From Chloroflexota bacterium (lineage in GTDB: Bacteria; Chloroflexota; Limnocylindria; Limnocylindrales; Limnocylindraceae): a DNA stretch of 64,000 bases. The stretch covers positions 23,215 to 87,214 of the forward strand of contig JAPLHQ010000072.1 in assembly GCA_026389555.1 (NCBI GenBank). Direction: 5' to 3'. How positions within the stretch are numbered: position 1 is the first letter of the stretch; each line of letters opens with the position of its first letter. Positions 20,294 to 30,324 of the stretch are shown piece after piece. The notes beneath the pieces are model-generated. The model had not been told where the DNA came from, ran no database searches, and saw only the letters and a list, made by a program, of their open reading frames with translations. A program made the translations under genes and the position numbers.

Positions 20294-21030
20294 CGCGTCA
20301 GCTCAGCAAATAGTTCAGGTGAGAGCTCAAAGTTGGCGGTGACGCGCTGAACATCGTCTAGCTCTTCCAGCGCATCGATCAGCTTCATATTCTTCCGAGC
20401 GTCATCGGCATCTACGTCAATGGTGGACTTAGCCACGATGCTTGCTTCAGCGGACTTCACCGAGACGCCGGCCGCCTCAAGTCCAGCGCGAACCGTCTCA
20501 ATGGATGCTGGGTCGGCATAGACGAAGACGCTGCCGCTATCTTCATCAACGTCGTCTGCACCAGCTTCAATCGCCGCTTCGCCCACCGTCGCAAGCGCGC
20601 CGCTGCACTCAATAATGCCGCGTGCCTCAAACTGCCAGGCCACCGCGCCGCTGCTCGCGAGTGATCCGCCCGCCTTGGTGAAGAGGCTGCGCACATCCGA
20701 TGCGGTGCGATTGCGATTATCTGTGGCCGCCTCTACAAGAACCGCAACGCCCCCTGGGCCGTAGCCCTCATAGGTGATCTCTTCATAGGCGTCGCTCTGC
20801 CCAAGTCCTGCGGCACGCTCAATGGCGCGCTTGATGTTGTCGTTCGGCATGTTGAGCGACCGCCCCTTATCCATGGCAAGTCGGAGGCGCGGATTGGACG
20901 CCGGATCAGGGCCGCCGATACGTGCGGCAATGGTGATCTCGCGTGAGACCTTGGTGAACTGGGCGGCACGCTTTGCGTCGGTTGCCCCCTTGGCGCGCTT
21001 GATCGTTGACCATTTTGAATGTCCAGACAT
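20290..21030 (-). CDS. yebC: YebC/PmpR family DNA-binding transcriptional regulator
   Basis: MSGHSKWSTIKRAKGATDAKRAAQFTKVSREI... The ORF track extends to 21333, but the conserved YebC N-terminus begins at ATG 21028-21030, so I use the internal start. Confidence 0.88.
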   Translation of the reverse strand: MSGHSKWSTIKRAKGATDAKRAAQFTKVSREITIAARIGGPDPASNPRLRLAMDKGRSLNMPNDNIKRAIERAAGLGQSDAYEEITYEGYGPGGVAVLVEAATDNRNRTASDVRSLFTKAGGSLASSGAVAWQFEARGIIECSGALATVGEAAIEAGADDVDEDSGSVFVYADPASIETVRAGLEAAGVSVKSAEASIVAKSTIDVDADDARKNMKLIDALEELDDVQRVTANFELSPELFAELTR

Positions 21031-21052
21031 GCTCGGAGTATAGGCGAGCGGC

Positions 21053-22360
21053 TCAGCCGGCTCGCAGCATCCTGTAGTCGCGCCGACCCTTCCGTAGGAG
21101 GAGCGAGCCATCTGCGAGCCGAGCGAAGCTGCTGGCGCTGGCCGCCGGATCTCCGGCCGCTTCACCGTTGACGCTGATACCCCCCTGCTCCACCAACCGT
21201 CGCGCCTCGCTCTTGGAAGTGGCGAAGCCAGCTGCAGCCACCAGATCGAGCAGGGTTGTATCTGCGCCTGCTGGGAGCGGTGCCGTTGGAATCTCGGAGG
21301 CGAGCGCTGCAAGGCCTGCGGCATCAAGCGCACGCGGATCGGAGCCGCGACCCTCCGGGCCGCCGAAGAGCGTTTCAGCTACCGCCCGCGCACGTAGCTC
21401 TTCACTCTCACCGTGCACCAGCGTGGTGACCGCAGTAGCAAGTCGGCGCTGGCCGATTCGTGCACCAGGGTTCTTTGCATGTTCTGTGAGTAGTTCGTTG
21501 ATTGATTCGGCGGAATCAAGCGTGAGGCGGTGGAGCAGCTGCTCCAACTGCTCGTCTGGCTGGTCCATGAAGAACTGGCGGAAGGCGAAAGGGCTGGTGC
21601 GTTCTGCGCTGAGCCATACGGCCCCCTCCGCCGTCTTGCCGAACTTCTCACCGCTCTTTGCGAGCAACAGCGGATAGCAGAGTCCGAAGGCGAGCGGCGC
21701 ACCTTCACGTCCGTCGCCATCAACGCGGCGGATCAGCTCTGAGCCAGCGGTGATGTTCCCCCACTGGTCACTTCCTCCCATTTGGAGTTCAACACCGTGC
21801 AGCTTCCGTAGCATCAGGAAGTCATAGCTCTGCAACAGCATGTAGCTGAACTCGGTGAAGGAGAGACCGCCCTCGAGCCGACTCTTAACCGAGTCTTTCG
21901 CCAGCATGTAGCTGATGGTGAGGTGCTTCCCAGTGTCGCGAAGGAAATCGATCATTCCGAGGTCGCCGAGCCACTCAAGATTATCCAGGAGGAGTGCGCC
22001 GGAGGCCCCAGAGAAGTCAAGGAGCCTACCGAGCTGCCCGCCGATCGAAGCGCGATTCGCATCAAGGGTGGCGCGATCGAGAAGGTTCCGTTCGGCTGAT
22101 CGCCCAGATGGGTCACCGATCATCCCGGTGCCGCCCCCAACAAGCGCAATCGGTCGGCCGCCATGTAGCTGCAGCCGACGCAACGCCAGCACTCCCATCA
22201 GATGACCAACATGGAGTGAATCGGCACTCGGGTCAAAGCCGATATACGCAGCGATGGATGGTGACGCGACGAGGCGCTCATCTAAGCCCGCACTCACCTC
22301 ATGGATGAGACCGCGCTGAGCGAAGTCGGCGAGGAGCTTGGAGCGATAAGAATCGACCAC
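21053..22360 (-). CDS. tyrS: tyrosine--tRNA ligase
   Basis: HIGH-class motif (GFDPSADSLHVGHLMGVL), KMSKS-like KFGKTAEG and a C-terminal S4-like domain. Confidence 0.93.
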   Translation of the reverse strand: MVDSYRSKLLADFAQRGLIHEVSAGLDERLVASPSIAAYIGFDPSADSLHVGHLMGVLALRRLQLHGGRPIALVGGGTGMIGDPSGRSAERNLLDRATLDANRASIGGQLGRLLDFSGASGALLLDNLEWLGDLGMIDFLRDTGKHLTISYMLAKDSVKSRLEGGLSFTEFSYMLLQSYDFLMLRKLHGVELQMGGSDQWGNITAGSELIRRVDGDGREGAPLAFGLCYPLLLAKSGEKFGKTAEGAVWLSAERTSPFAFRQFFMDQPDEQLEQLLHRLTLDSAESINELLTEHAKNPGARIGQRRLATAVTTLVHGESEELRARAVAETLFGGPEGRGSDPRALDAAGLAALASEIPTAPLPAGADTTLLDLVAAAGFATSKSEARRLVEQGGISVNGEAAGDPAASASSFARLADGSLLLRKGRRDYRMLRAG

Positions 22361-22380
22361 GACCCTATGCTACCGTCAGA

Positions 22381-24939
22381 GTGATGAGCATGGCTGGTTC
22401 GCACCGCCCCGAGGGTTCCCCACGAGCGCGTCGCCGCAGCGGCGGGCTGGCGGTACTCCTCCCCCTGGCACTCTTCGCAATCAGCCTCTTTATCGCCCTC
22501 ATCGCATACGTGGGCACGATCAGGGTCTACGACCGCGCGATTAGCGACCTCCCCGACCCCCGCGACCTCGACTCCATCGTCCTCGGCGAGAACTCCGGCG
22601 TCTTTGATCGCACCGGGACCGTAAAGCTCGCAGACTTTGGCACCGACCTGCGCGAGACCATCGGATTTAGCGAAATCCCTAGCATCGTCATCGACACCAC
22701 GACGGTTATTGAAGATAAGACCTTCTGGCAGAACTCTGGCTTTGACCCCCTCGGCTTTATCGCAGCTGCGCTAGACACGCTTGGAGGATCTGGTCGCGGA
22801 GGCTCCACCATCACACAGCAACTCGTGCGCGGCATTCTCCTTCCAGATACCGCCTTCCAAGGGAGCGTCTACGAGCGCAAGGTGAAGGAGATCATCCAGG
22901 CGATCCGCCTCACCCAGGAGTTCCCAGGACGCGATGGGAAAGAACAGATCATCACCGCCTACATGAACAACAACTACTACGGCTCACGTGCCTACGGCAT
23001 CCGTGCAGCGGCAACGGAATATTTCGGCATCTCTGACCTCTCCCTGCTCACGCTGGGCCAGGCGGCGCTCCTCGCCGCCATCCCCCAGGCACCCAGCGAA
23101 TACGATTTGCGCATCGCCGCAGTACGCGGGGAAGATGGACTACTCCGCGTCCCGCTCGATAGTGCGGTGGCCCAGCGGCGCACAACGGTGCTCAACCTGT
23201 TGCGCAACGCCAAGGACGATGGCATCGCGCTCGAGACGGCTGACTTCACTGACGAAGAGATTGATGCCGCCGCAACGGAGAGCATCACCCTGATTGAGCC
23301 GCCCCTCCGCAAGGTGCGTGCACCACACTTCATCAACATCGTCCGCGAAGTGGCGGCTGGGGTTGTATGCCCAGATGATCCAACCGTCTGCACCAAGCTC
23401 GACACGGATGGCTACAAGATCATCACCACGCTCGATTGGTCGATGCAGCAGAGCGCAGATAAGTGGGCTGCCGCCGTCCTCTCCGCTGAGATGTCCAAGC
23501 CAAAGGAGTACCTCGTCTCGCTAGGCATCACAAAGACAACTGACTGGCTGAAGAAGATGCGTGGTTCCAATATCCATAACGCGGCGATCGTCACGATGGA
23601 TGGACGCACCGGGGACATGCTCGCCTACACCGGTTCGGCCGACTACTACGCCACATCTGTCTCTTCAGCCTTCCAGCCGCAGTACGACGTGCTGAAGGCG
23701 TATCGACAGCCTGGTTCAGCAATCAAGCCGATCATCTACGGCTATGCGCTCCAGGAGCGCGCGGTGACACCTGCAACCATCTTCATGGATGTTCCGGTCG
23801 ACTTTGGTGAAGGTTGGACCCCAGGAGAGTGGGACAACCTTGAGCGCGGCCCAGTGACCATGCGACACGCCCTGCAGGGTTCGCTCAACATCCCGGCGAT
23901 CAAGACGGCGATCCGCACCGGTGCCGACCAGATCTGGCGCGACATGCGCGACGGCGTCTTCAAATTCCTCGGTGAAGACAACTATGCTGGCGCCTCCATT
24001 GCAATCGGCACGCTAGAGGCACGTTACGTGGACCTTCTCTCCGCATACGGTGCCCTCGCCAGTCAAGGCGACACGGTGCCCCGACGCTACGTGCTCAGCA
24101 TTGAAGACCGCAACGGCGATGTCATCTGGAAGGCGGCCTCGCCGTCAAGCGAACGACGCAGCGTCATGGAGCCAGCGGTTGCCGACCTTGTGACCAACAT
24201 CATTGCCGCGAATACCGACCCGTCGCAGAACCCAGTCTGGGCCTCACGCCGCCTCATCGCTGCGAACGGGAAGCGTCGCCCCGCAACCTTTAAGACTGGA
24301 ACGACCGACCAGGCGAAGGATCTCGCCGCCTTCGGCTACCTCGCCCCCCCGACTAACCCCGATGAACAGCACCTGATCACAGGGGTCTGGACGGGAAACT
24401 CTGATGCAACTCCAGCCACCGTGCTCTCGCTCTCCGCCGCTGGCGGTCTCTGGCAGTCGTACTTCACCGAGATCTCACGTAACCTTCCGATCGCTCAGTT
24501 TAAAGATCCAGAGGGGCTCGAGCAGGTAGTCATTGACGCCAACACAGGGGAGCTCCCTGGTCCATGCACCATTTCAACAATCTCTGAGTACTTCCTTCCA
24601 GGGACTGCACCTACAACATCGTGCAGCAGCTTCCGCACGCTCGCCGTTGATCAGGCCAGCGGCCTCCTTTGGGATAGCTCCTGCACTGGCGCGCGCATTG
24701 AGAAAGTCTTCATGGATCTCAGCTTATTGGAAACTGAATGGCCAACCTGGCAGGCGGCAAACATTGAGTGGGCAGAGCGAGCGCGACAAGGGCTCAATAT
24801 TGTGGGTGGTGCACGACTCGGGAAGACCGCCTACTTCTACGAGTCGTACTGGCGACCGAACGGGAACACATGGGGCGGTGAGATTGGACCAACCCGCTCC
24901 TGCAGTTCGCCCGCGCCAACACCAGCGCCAATCCCATAA
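22381..24939 (+). CDS. bifunctional class A penicillin-binding protein (transglycosylase/transpeptidase)
   Basis: N-terminal TM segment; GT51 motifs (EDKTFWQNSGFDP, GGSTITQQLVR); transpeptidase motifs (SAIKP, SLN, KTGT). Divergent from tyrS across a 20-nt gap. Confidence 0.9.
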   Translation: MMSMAGSHRPEGSPRARRRSGGLAVLLPLALFAISLFIALIAYVGTIRVYDRAISDLPDPRDLDSIVLGENSGVFDRTGTVKLADFGTDLRETIGFSEIPSIVIDTTTVIEDKTFWQNSGFDPLGFIAAALDTLGGSGRGGSTITQQLVRGILLPDTAFQGSVYERKVKEIIQAIRLTQEFPGRDGKEQIITAYMNNNYYGSRAYGIRAAATEYFGISDLSLLTLGQAALLAAIPQAPSEYDLRIAAVRGEDGLLRVPLDSAVAQRRTTVLNLLRNAKDDGIALETADFTDEEIDAAATESITLIEPPLRKVRAPHFINIVREVAAGVVCPDDPTVCTKLDTDGYKIITTLDWSMQQSADKWAAAVLSAEMSKPKEYLVSLGITKTTDWLKKMRGSNIHNAAIVTMDGRTGDMLAYTGSADYYATSVSSAFQPQYDVLKAYRQPGSAIKPIIYGYALQERAVTPATIFMDVPVDFGEGWTPGEWDNLERGPVTMRHALQGSLNIPAIKTAIRTGADQIWRDMRDGVFKFLGEDNYAGASIAIGTLEARYVDLLSAYGALASQGDTVPRRYVLSIEDRNGDVIWKAASPSSERRSVMEPAVADLVTNIIAANTDPSQNPVWASRRLIAANGKRRPATFKTGTTDQAKDLAAFGYLAPPTNPDEQHLITGVWTGNSDATPATVLSLSAAGGLWQSYFTEISRNLPIAQFKDPEGLEQVVIDANTGELPGPCTISTISEYFLPGTAPTTSCSSFRTLAVDQASGLLWDSSCTGARIEKVFMDLSLLETEWPTWQAANIEWAERARQGLNIVGGARLGKTAYFYESYWRPNGNTWGGEIGPTRSCSSPAPTPAPIP

Positions 24940-24951
24940 GGGACGGAGCAC

Positions 24952-27282
24952 CTAAAGGAGCGCGATCGTTACCCCGTCACGTCCAGGGGAATCTGCATCT
25001 CTCACCTCGTGCACCTCCGGGAGTTCACGGAGACGGCGGCGAACCGCGTCACGCAGTGCGCCAGTCCCCACGCCATGAATGATCTCCAGGCGTTCCCCGC
25101 CAGCGAGAAGGAGCGCGTCGATCCTCGCCTCGAGTGCAGCGAGCGCATCCTCAACGCGCGCTCCGCGTAGATCCAGTCGTGCAACGGCATCTGCTGGAGC
25201 ACTCGGTCGACCAACTGGGACTGCGCTCTGCTTGATTCGACCAATAACCCTTGCGACCTCGTTCCGCGCGACCTCTAGTCGCATCCCACCGAGCGCAACA
25301 CTGATCCGATCTTCGCCGTCAAGGGCGAGCACCTCACCGCGCGCACCGCTTCGGAGCTGCACCTCATCGCCAATCGCCACGGTGCCAGCCTCGGTCTCCC
25401 CCGCCAGCACCTCTTCGCGCATGCGCTCTTCATTGAGTGCAAGTGCCGACCGCACTGCATCTGCCGCAGAGGCGACGGTCGGCGTGAGGCTCCCGTCAGC
25501 CAAGGTTGCGCGCAGCTGCTCAACCTGCGCAAGCAGCAGTTCCGCGGCCGCCGCCGCCTGTGCGCTCGCTGTGCGACGAGCCTCGTGCAGTTCATCCTTG
25601 GCGAGACGGCGCGTAGCAACCGCCTCTTGCAGCGCTTCGTCGGCGCGACGCTGCAAGCCTTCCGCAACGCGCTCCGCCTCCAGAGCTGACTGGCGCGCCT
25701 CAGCAGCGGCGGTCAGCGAGGCATCAAGCGCCACGCCCTGATCGCTCCGTCGCGCTTGACCCGCGGTAAGGAGCGATGCTGGGAGCCCGAGCCGCTCAGC
25801 GATCGCGAAGGCCTGTGAGCCGCCAGGAGTTCCAATGATGAGTCGATACGTTGGTCGCAGCGTGGCGAGATCAAACTCCACTGCGCCGTTCACGACTCCT
25901 GGAGTGACGTGCGCATACTGCTTCAACTCGGCGAAGTGACTCGTAGCAAGAAGGCGCATGCCACGAGCGCGGAAGTCATCAATGATTGCAGCGGCGAGTG
26001 CCGCCCCTTCGGCGGGATCAGTCCCCGCCCCTGCCTCATCAAGAAGGATCAGATCACCGCGCTCCGCCCCCGTGTGAATCCGCAGGATGGAGGTGAGGTG
26101 TCCGGAGAAGGTTGAGAGGCTCTGGGCGATTGATTGATCATCACCAATGTCTGCCCAGACACCACCCGTCGGTGGCATCCCCGAGCCAGAATCTGCAGGG
26201 ATCGGAAGCCCAGCATGGTGCATCGCTGTCAGAAGTCCGACCGTCTTGAGCGCCACCGTCTTGCCACCCGTATTCGGTCCCGTGATCAGCAGCACGCGCT
26301 GCGTGGTACTGAGCTCTAGGTCAATTGGGATAACGGTGCCGAGCAGGAGTGGGTGTCGGGCACGGCGCAGCGCCAGCAGGTCATCGCTCCGTGAGTCGGC
26401 AAAGTTCCAGTCCCCCTCCGCCGCAGCGTCAGCTGTTGCACGCGCAAGATCAATCTCGGTCAGTCGTTCAAGGTTCATGCGAAGTGCGGGCGCCTCTGCA
26501 GCAACCAGCGCCGTCAACGCGGCGTAGATGCGCGCCTCCTCTGCAGCGACGGCGCTCTCCGCTTCGCGGGCCGCATTGCCGAGCTCAACGACCGCAAGTG
26601 GCTCAATCCAGATCGTCTGCCCCGTCGCGCTTGCATCGTGCACAATCCCGGGCACCTTTGACTTTGCCTCGGCGCGCACTGGAAGGACATATCGCCCATT
26701 GCGCAGCGTCACGATCGGCTCTTGCAGGTAGGGGCTGTACTCCTTGGCATGCGCGAGGCCCTCCAAGCGAGTCCTCAGGCGCTCTAACGCAACGCGATGG
26801 TTCGCCCGCAAGCCGCCGAGCAGAGGGGAGGCGGCATCGCTCAGCGTCCCGTCAGGTGCGAGTGAGCGATCGAGTTGACCGCGCAACGTTCGGATTGGTG
26901 CGATCTCTTCAGCAACGCGCTGTAAGAGCGGCCCACCAGCGGCGAGCTCCCCGCGCAAGCGATCCCCTACGCGCAACGTCTCAGCAACGGCGAAGAGCGC
27001 GCCGCCATCAAGGGTGCCCCCCTTCTCCGCGCGATCAAGTGCCGGACGAAGGTCCGCCGCTCCACCGATATGTGGGTCGGCGCCATCGCGCCGCAATGCG
27101 GTGATCTCCACTGTCATCGTGCGCCGCCGATCAGCCGCTGGATCAGCAAGTGCCGGTCGAATCGCCAGGGCCACCTCACGGGACGGGGCGAAGCCGCAGC
27201 GCACGGCGATCAGTGAGAGGACGCGGCTCCACTCGAGTCGCGCAAGAGAGCGTTCATCGTAGTGACGAAGTGTGCGCGCCAT
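24952..27282 (-). CDS. mutS2: endonuclease MutS2 (MutS domain + C-terminal Smr)
   Basis: ITGPNTGGKTVALKTVGLL Walker A, DEAGAGTDP, a long coiled-coil, and a C-terminal Smr domain (LDLRGARVEDALAALE...IIHGVGTGALR). Confidence 0.9.
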   Translation of the reverse strand: MARTLRHYDERSLARLEWSRVLSLIAVRCGFAPSREVALAIRPALADPAADRRRTMTVEITALRRDGADPHIGGAADLRPALDRAEKGGTLDGGALFAVAETLRVGDRLRGELAAGGPLLQRVAEEIAPIRTLRGQLDRSLAPDGTLSDAASPLLGGLRANHRVALERLRTRLEGLAHAKEYSPYLQEPIVTLRNGRYVLPVRAEAKSKVPGIVHDASATGQTIWIEPLAVVELGNAAREAESAVAAEEARIYAALTALVAAEAPALRMNLERLTEIDLARATADAAAEGDWNFADSRSDDLLALRRARHPLLLGTVIPIDLELSTTQRVLLITGPNTGGKTVALKTVGLLTAMHHAGLPIPADSGSGMPPTGGVWADIGDDQSIAQSLSTFSGHLTSILRIHTGAERGDLILLDEAGAGTDPAEGAALAAAIIDDFRARGMRLLATSHFAELKQYAHVTPGVVNGAVEFDLATLRPTYRLIIGTPGGSQAFAIAERLGLPASLLTAGQARRSDQGVALDASLTAAAEARQSALEAERVAEGLQRRADEALQEAVATRRLAKDELHEARRTASAQAAAAAELLLAQVEQLRATLADGSLTPTVASAADAVRSALALNEERMREEVLAGETEAGTVAIGDEVQLRSGARGEVLALDGEDRISVALGGMRLEVARNEVARVIGRIKQSAVPVGRPSAPADAVARLDLRGARVEDALAALEARIDALLLAGGERLEIIHGVGTGALRDAVRRRLRELPEVHEVRDADSPGRDGVTIALL

Positions 27283-27289
27283 CGGGCCG

Positions 27290-27841
27290 CTACGGGCGCA
27301 AGATCTGCTGCAACTCAGACGGGAGTGAGGAACCGATCAGCGTCCAGATGAACGGATACACGATCCCATGCAAGAGGCCGGCCGATTGCGACGCAGCGCT
27401 CGCGACGGCGAGTGATCTGATCGGCTCTGGCGCTGGGACGAGAAAGGTCCCTGTCGCTTCAAGAAGGAAGAGGATCGCACTACAGAGGAGGAGTGCCTGC
27501 GCCAGTCCCAGTACTGCACCAACAAGCGAGTCAAACAGTCCGAGGCGTAGCGCTTGCAAGAGTGTGCGCAGTGCGTTGCCAAGCAACCAGGCTGCAATCC
27601 CAAGAAGGATCCATGCCGCCCCGACCAAGATCAACAGGCTCACGAGTCGCGCATCAACATCTGGAAGGAGCGCTGTGACAACCTCCGTAATCGGAGCGCG
27701 CCCCTGTGCTGCAAGGAAGAGTCCAGCAACCGTTGCGAGGGTTGAGATGATCATCCGTGAAGCGCCCCTCCCCCAGCCCCACCAGGTGCCAAGGACGGCT
27801 GAGATCAGGACGACCGCATCAACGGCGACGCTGAGGCTCAT
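27290..27841 (-). CDS. cvpA: CvpA family (colicin V production/YshB-like) membrane protein
   Basis: 183 aa with four hydrophobic helices and a CvpA-like N-terminus. It lies between pheT and mutS2, as Bacillus yshB does. Confidence 0.6.
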   Translation of the reverse strand: MSLSVAVDAVVLISAVLGTWWGWGRGASRMIISTLATVAGLFLAAQGRAPITEVVTALLPDVDARLVSLLILVGAAWILLGIAAWLLGNALRTLLQALRLGLFDSLVGAVLGLAQALLLCSAILFLLEATGTFLVPAPEPIRSLAVASAASQSAGLLHGIVYPFIWTLIGSSLPSELQQILRP

Positions 27842-30324
27842 TGCGTTTCGGCGCCGCGCACCTTTGTTCCGTAGCGCTTCGCGGCACTTGTAGTGAAGGC
27901 GTCAACCTCAGCGGTGATCGCGTCGTCGAGCGCAGCAGCGGCATCTGGTTGGAAGGTGAAACGGAGTCCGACAGAACGTTCACCAGGTGCCATTCCGCCC
28001 CCTGCAAAGAGGTCGAAGAGCTCCACTGATTGAGCCGATTTCACCGACTCCTTCGCCAAGGCCACCAGATCGCCAATCAGGACGGCAGCGGGGGCGGCAA
28101 GCGCAACGTCACGCTGGATTGGTGGTGTGCCTGGCGGGAGGAGCACACGTCGAACAGCTGGCTGCCCACTGCTGAGACCGTGGAGCGCAAGCTCCGCCAT
28201 CAGGATGCGTGGAGATGGACGCCACTCGGGCGCCGCTGGATGTAGCTCTCCGATCAGCCCCGCGATGCCTTCACCGGTAGCGCGCGCCGAACGTCCTGGA
28301 TGCAGCAGCGTTGTATCGCCCGTTTCGAGTGGGAGGTAGCGCGGCGCTGCGTTGCAGAGTGAGGCGACCGAAGCGATCAGTCGCTTCAGTTCATCAAGGT
28401 CCCAGAGGCGTGGTGTGCCACCTGGCGCAGCGGCGGCGATCTCACCCCAGACCACGATTCCGAGGCGCGTCCACTCCGTTGGCCCGCCCTTCGTTCCACC
28501 GTATCCACGGCCGATCTCAAAGAGCGCGCCACTGAGTGCGCCGTATCGAAGGTTTGCCTCGGCGCGGTCGAGCAGGCTCGGCAAGAGCGAGCGACGAAGT
28601 TTATCGTGGTCGGCAGAGAGCGGATTGCTTAGGAGGAGCGTCTCGCTCGCCGCTGCACCTTCGCGCTCGGCGAGTAGACCTGTGACAAGAGCAACAGGCT
28701 CAGCGTGTCGATTACTTAGCGCCGGGGAGACCAGTGCATGCGTCACCGCTTCGCTCAACCCCTGCGCGGCAAGCGAAGCGCGCACCTGATCGCGCAGTGC
28801 GGTTGGCTGCGGAAGGTAGCCAGGGAGGTCGCGTCCGGGCAGCGTTGGCGTGATGCGGTCGTATCCGTAGAGACGCGCCACCTCTTCAGTAATGTCGGCC
28901 TCAAGCTCCAGATCGCGCCGCCATGGCGGGACCACTGCGACCAGGCTCTCCCCCTTCGCAGCGCTCACCGTTCGCTTGCTCGTGACTGGAACACTCGTCG
29001 CCCCCTTTGCCTCGGTCACGCTGATCGCAATGCCCGCGAGAAGCTTCGTCTGCTCGGCGTCAGGAATGCTCACACCGATCAGCTGGCGTACACGCTCAGG
29101 ACGGAAGGTGAGGTCACGCGTCTGACCGACCGCCTTCGGATCGCTGTCGAGCTGACCGCGACGGACCGTGCCGCCCGCCCATGTCGTGATAAGAGCCGCA
29201 ACCTGATCCGCTGCGAGTGGCGCAAGATCGAGCTCCTGGCCGCGCTCAAAGCGGTGCGACGCCTCCGAGCGGAGACTGTGTCGCTGTGCGCTGCGTCGAA
29301 TCGTTGTTGGGGCGAAGACCGCGCTCTCAATGACCACGCTCTTCGTGGTGGCGGAAACCTCACTCGAGGCGCCTCCCATCACGCCAGCGAGGGCGAGCGC
29401 GGCACGCTCATCGGCAACCACAAGGTCGCTCGCATCAAGGCTCCGCTGCACGTGATCGAGCGTCTCAAGCTGCTCCTTCGCCTTCGCCAGGCGAATCTGG
29501 ATCCCAGAGCCAACTCCGGCTCGATCAAACGCGTGGGTCGGCTTCCCGAGTTCGAGCATGATGTAGTTGGTCGCGTCCACCACGTTGGAGATGGAGCGGA
29601 GACCCGCCGCCTTCAGGCGCATCTGGATCGCATCTGGGGCTGCGGCAACGGTGACGCCATCCACAACGCGCAGCACCACGCGTGGTGCAAGGGCAGGGTC
29701 GGCAACGGTGAGTTTCAGGCCATCCCCCACCTCACTTGAACCTTCAGTAATCTTTCGCGCGGCGTACTTCACTGGTGAGCCGGTGATCGCCCCCACTTCA
29801 CGTGCCAAGCCAAGCAGTGAGAGGAGGTCGCCGCGATTCGGCTTCACATCAACGTCAATGACGTCTTCACCAAGGTAGTCACTGATCGGCGTGCCGAGCG
29901 GCGCCTTCGCGTCAAGGATCAGGATGCCGTCACCATCATCGGTTGCGTCAAGCTCTGCACCAGAGCAGAGCATCCCCTCCGATGCAACTCCCATCTTCTC
30001 TGCACGCTCAATAAGTCGGCCATCTGGCATCAGCGCACCGACAAGCGCAACAGGGACGCGTTGCCCAGCCGCGATATTGCGCGCGCCACAGACCACTTCG
30101 AGCACTTGATCTTTGCCGATGCGCACCTTGGTCAGCTGCAGACGATCGGCGCGAGGGTGCGGCGAAACCTCAAGGAGCTCGCCTACGACCATCTTCCCCC
30201 AGTTGCCACCCCATCGCTCAAGACCGCGAACCTCAAGCCCGCGCAAGGTGAGCGCATCGGCGAGCTGCTCGGGGGTGAGCTGCACATCAACAAACTCGCG
30301 AAGCCAGGAGAGCGGCACCCTCAT
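27838..30324 (-). CDS. pheT: phenylalanine--tRNA ligase beta subunit
   Basis: MRVPLSWLREFVDVQLTPEQLADALTLRGLEVRGLERWG and the tRNA-binding, B3/B4, B5 and FDX-ACB domains over 828 aa. Confidence 0.95.
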   Translation of the reverse strand: MRVPLSWLREFVDVQLTPEQLADALTLRGLEVRGLERWGGNWGKMVVGELLEVSPHPRADRLQLTKVRIGKDQVLEVVCGARNIAAGQRVPVALVGALMPDGRLIERAEKMGVASEGMLCSGAELDATDDGDGILILDAKAPLGTPISDYLGEDVIDVDVKPNRGDLLSLLGLAREVGAITGSPVKYAARKITEGSSEVGDGLKLTVADPALAPRVVLRVVDGVTVAAAPDAIQMRLKAAGLRSISNVVDATNYIMLELGKPTHAFDRAGVGSGIQIRLAKAKEQLETLDHVQRSLDASDLVVADERAALALAGVMGGASSEVSATTKSVVIESAVFAPTTIRRSAQRHSLRSEASHRFERGQELDLAPLAADQVAALITTWAGGTVRRGQLDSDPKAVGQTRDLTFRPERVRQLIGVSIPDAEQTKLLAGIAISVTEAKGATSVPVTSKRTVSAAKGESLVAVVPPWRRDLELEADITEEVARLYGYDRITPTLPGRDLPGYLPQPTALRDQVRASLAAQGLSEAVTHALVSPALSNRHAEPVALVTGLLAEREGAAASETLLLSNPLSADHDKLRRSLLPSLLDRAEANLRYGALSGALFEIGRGYGGTKGGPTEWTRLGIVVWGEIAAAAPGGTPRLWDLDELKRLIASVASLCNAAPRYLPLETGDTTLLHPGRSARATGEGIAGLIGELHPAAPEWRPSPRILMAELALHGLSSGQPAVRRVLLPPGTPPIQRDVALAAPAAVLIGDLVALAKESVKSAQSVELFDLFAGGGMAPGERSVGLRFTFQPDAAAALDDAITAEVDAFTTSAAKRYGTKVRGAETQ

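Noticed and set aside
15660-21100. LexA/Cheo-box (GAAC-N4-GTTC) SOS operators upstream of recA, ruvCAB/yebC and recN
   Set aside because: Scanned the roughly 150 nt upstream of each start by eye and found no GAAC..GTTC or CTGT-N8-ACAG palindromes. Upstream regions are coding sequence of neighbouring genes. LexA control cannot be asserted.
21031-21333. 101-aa N-terminal extension of yebC in the ORF track
   Set aside because: YebC/PmpR proteins start MSGHSKW. The extension is Arg/Pro/Gln-rich, overlaps the tyrS 3' end region and is not conserved-looking.
25079-27104. ORFs 25079-25741 + and 26349-27104 + inside mutS2
   Set aside because: Opposite strand of a gene with intact Walker A, Smr and coiled-coil. 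Extreme Ala/Ser/Arg bias.
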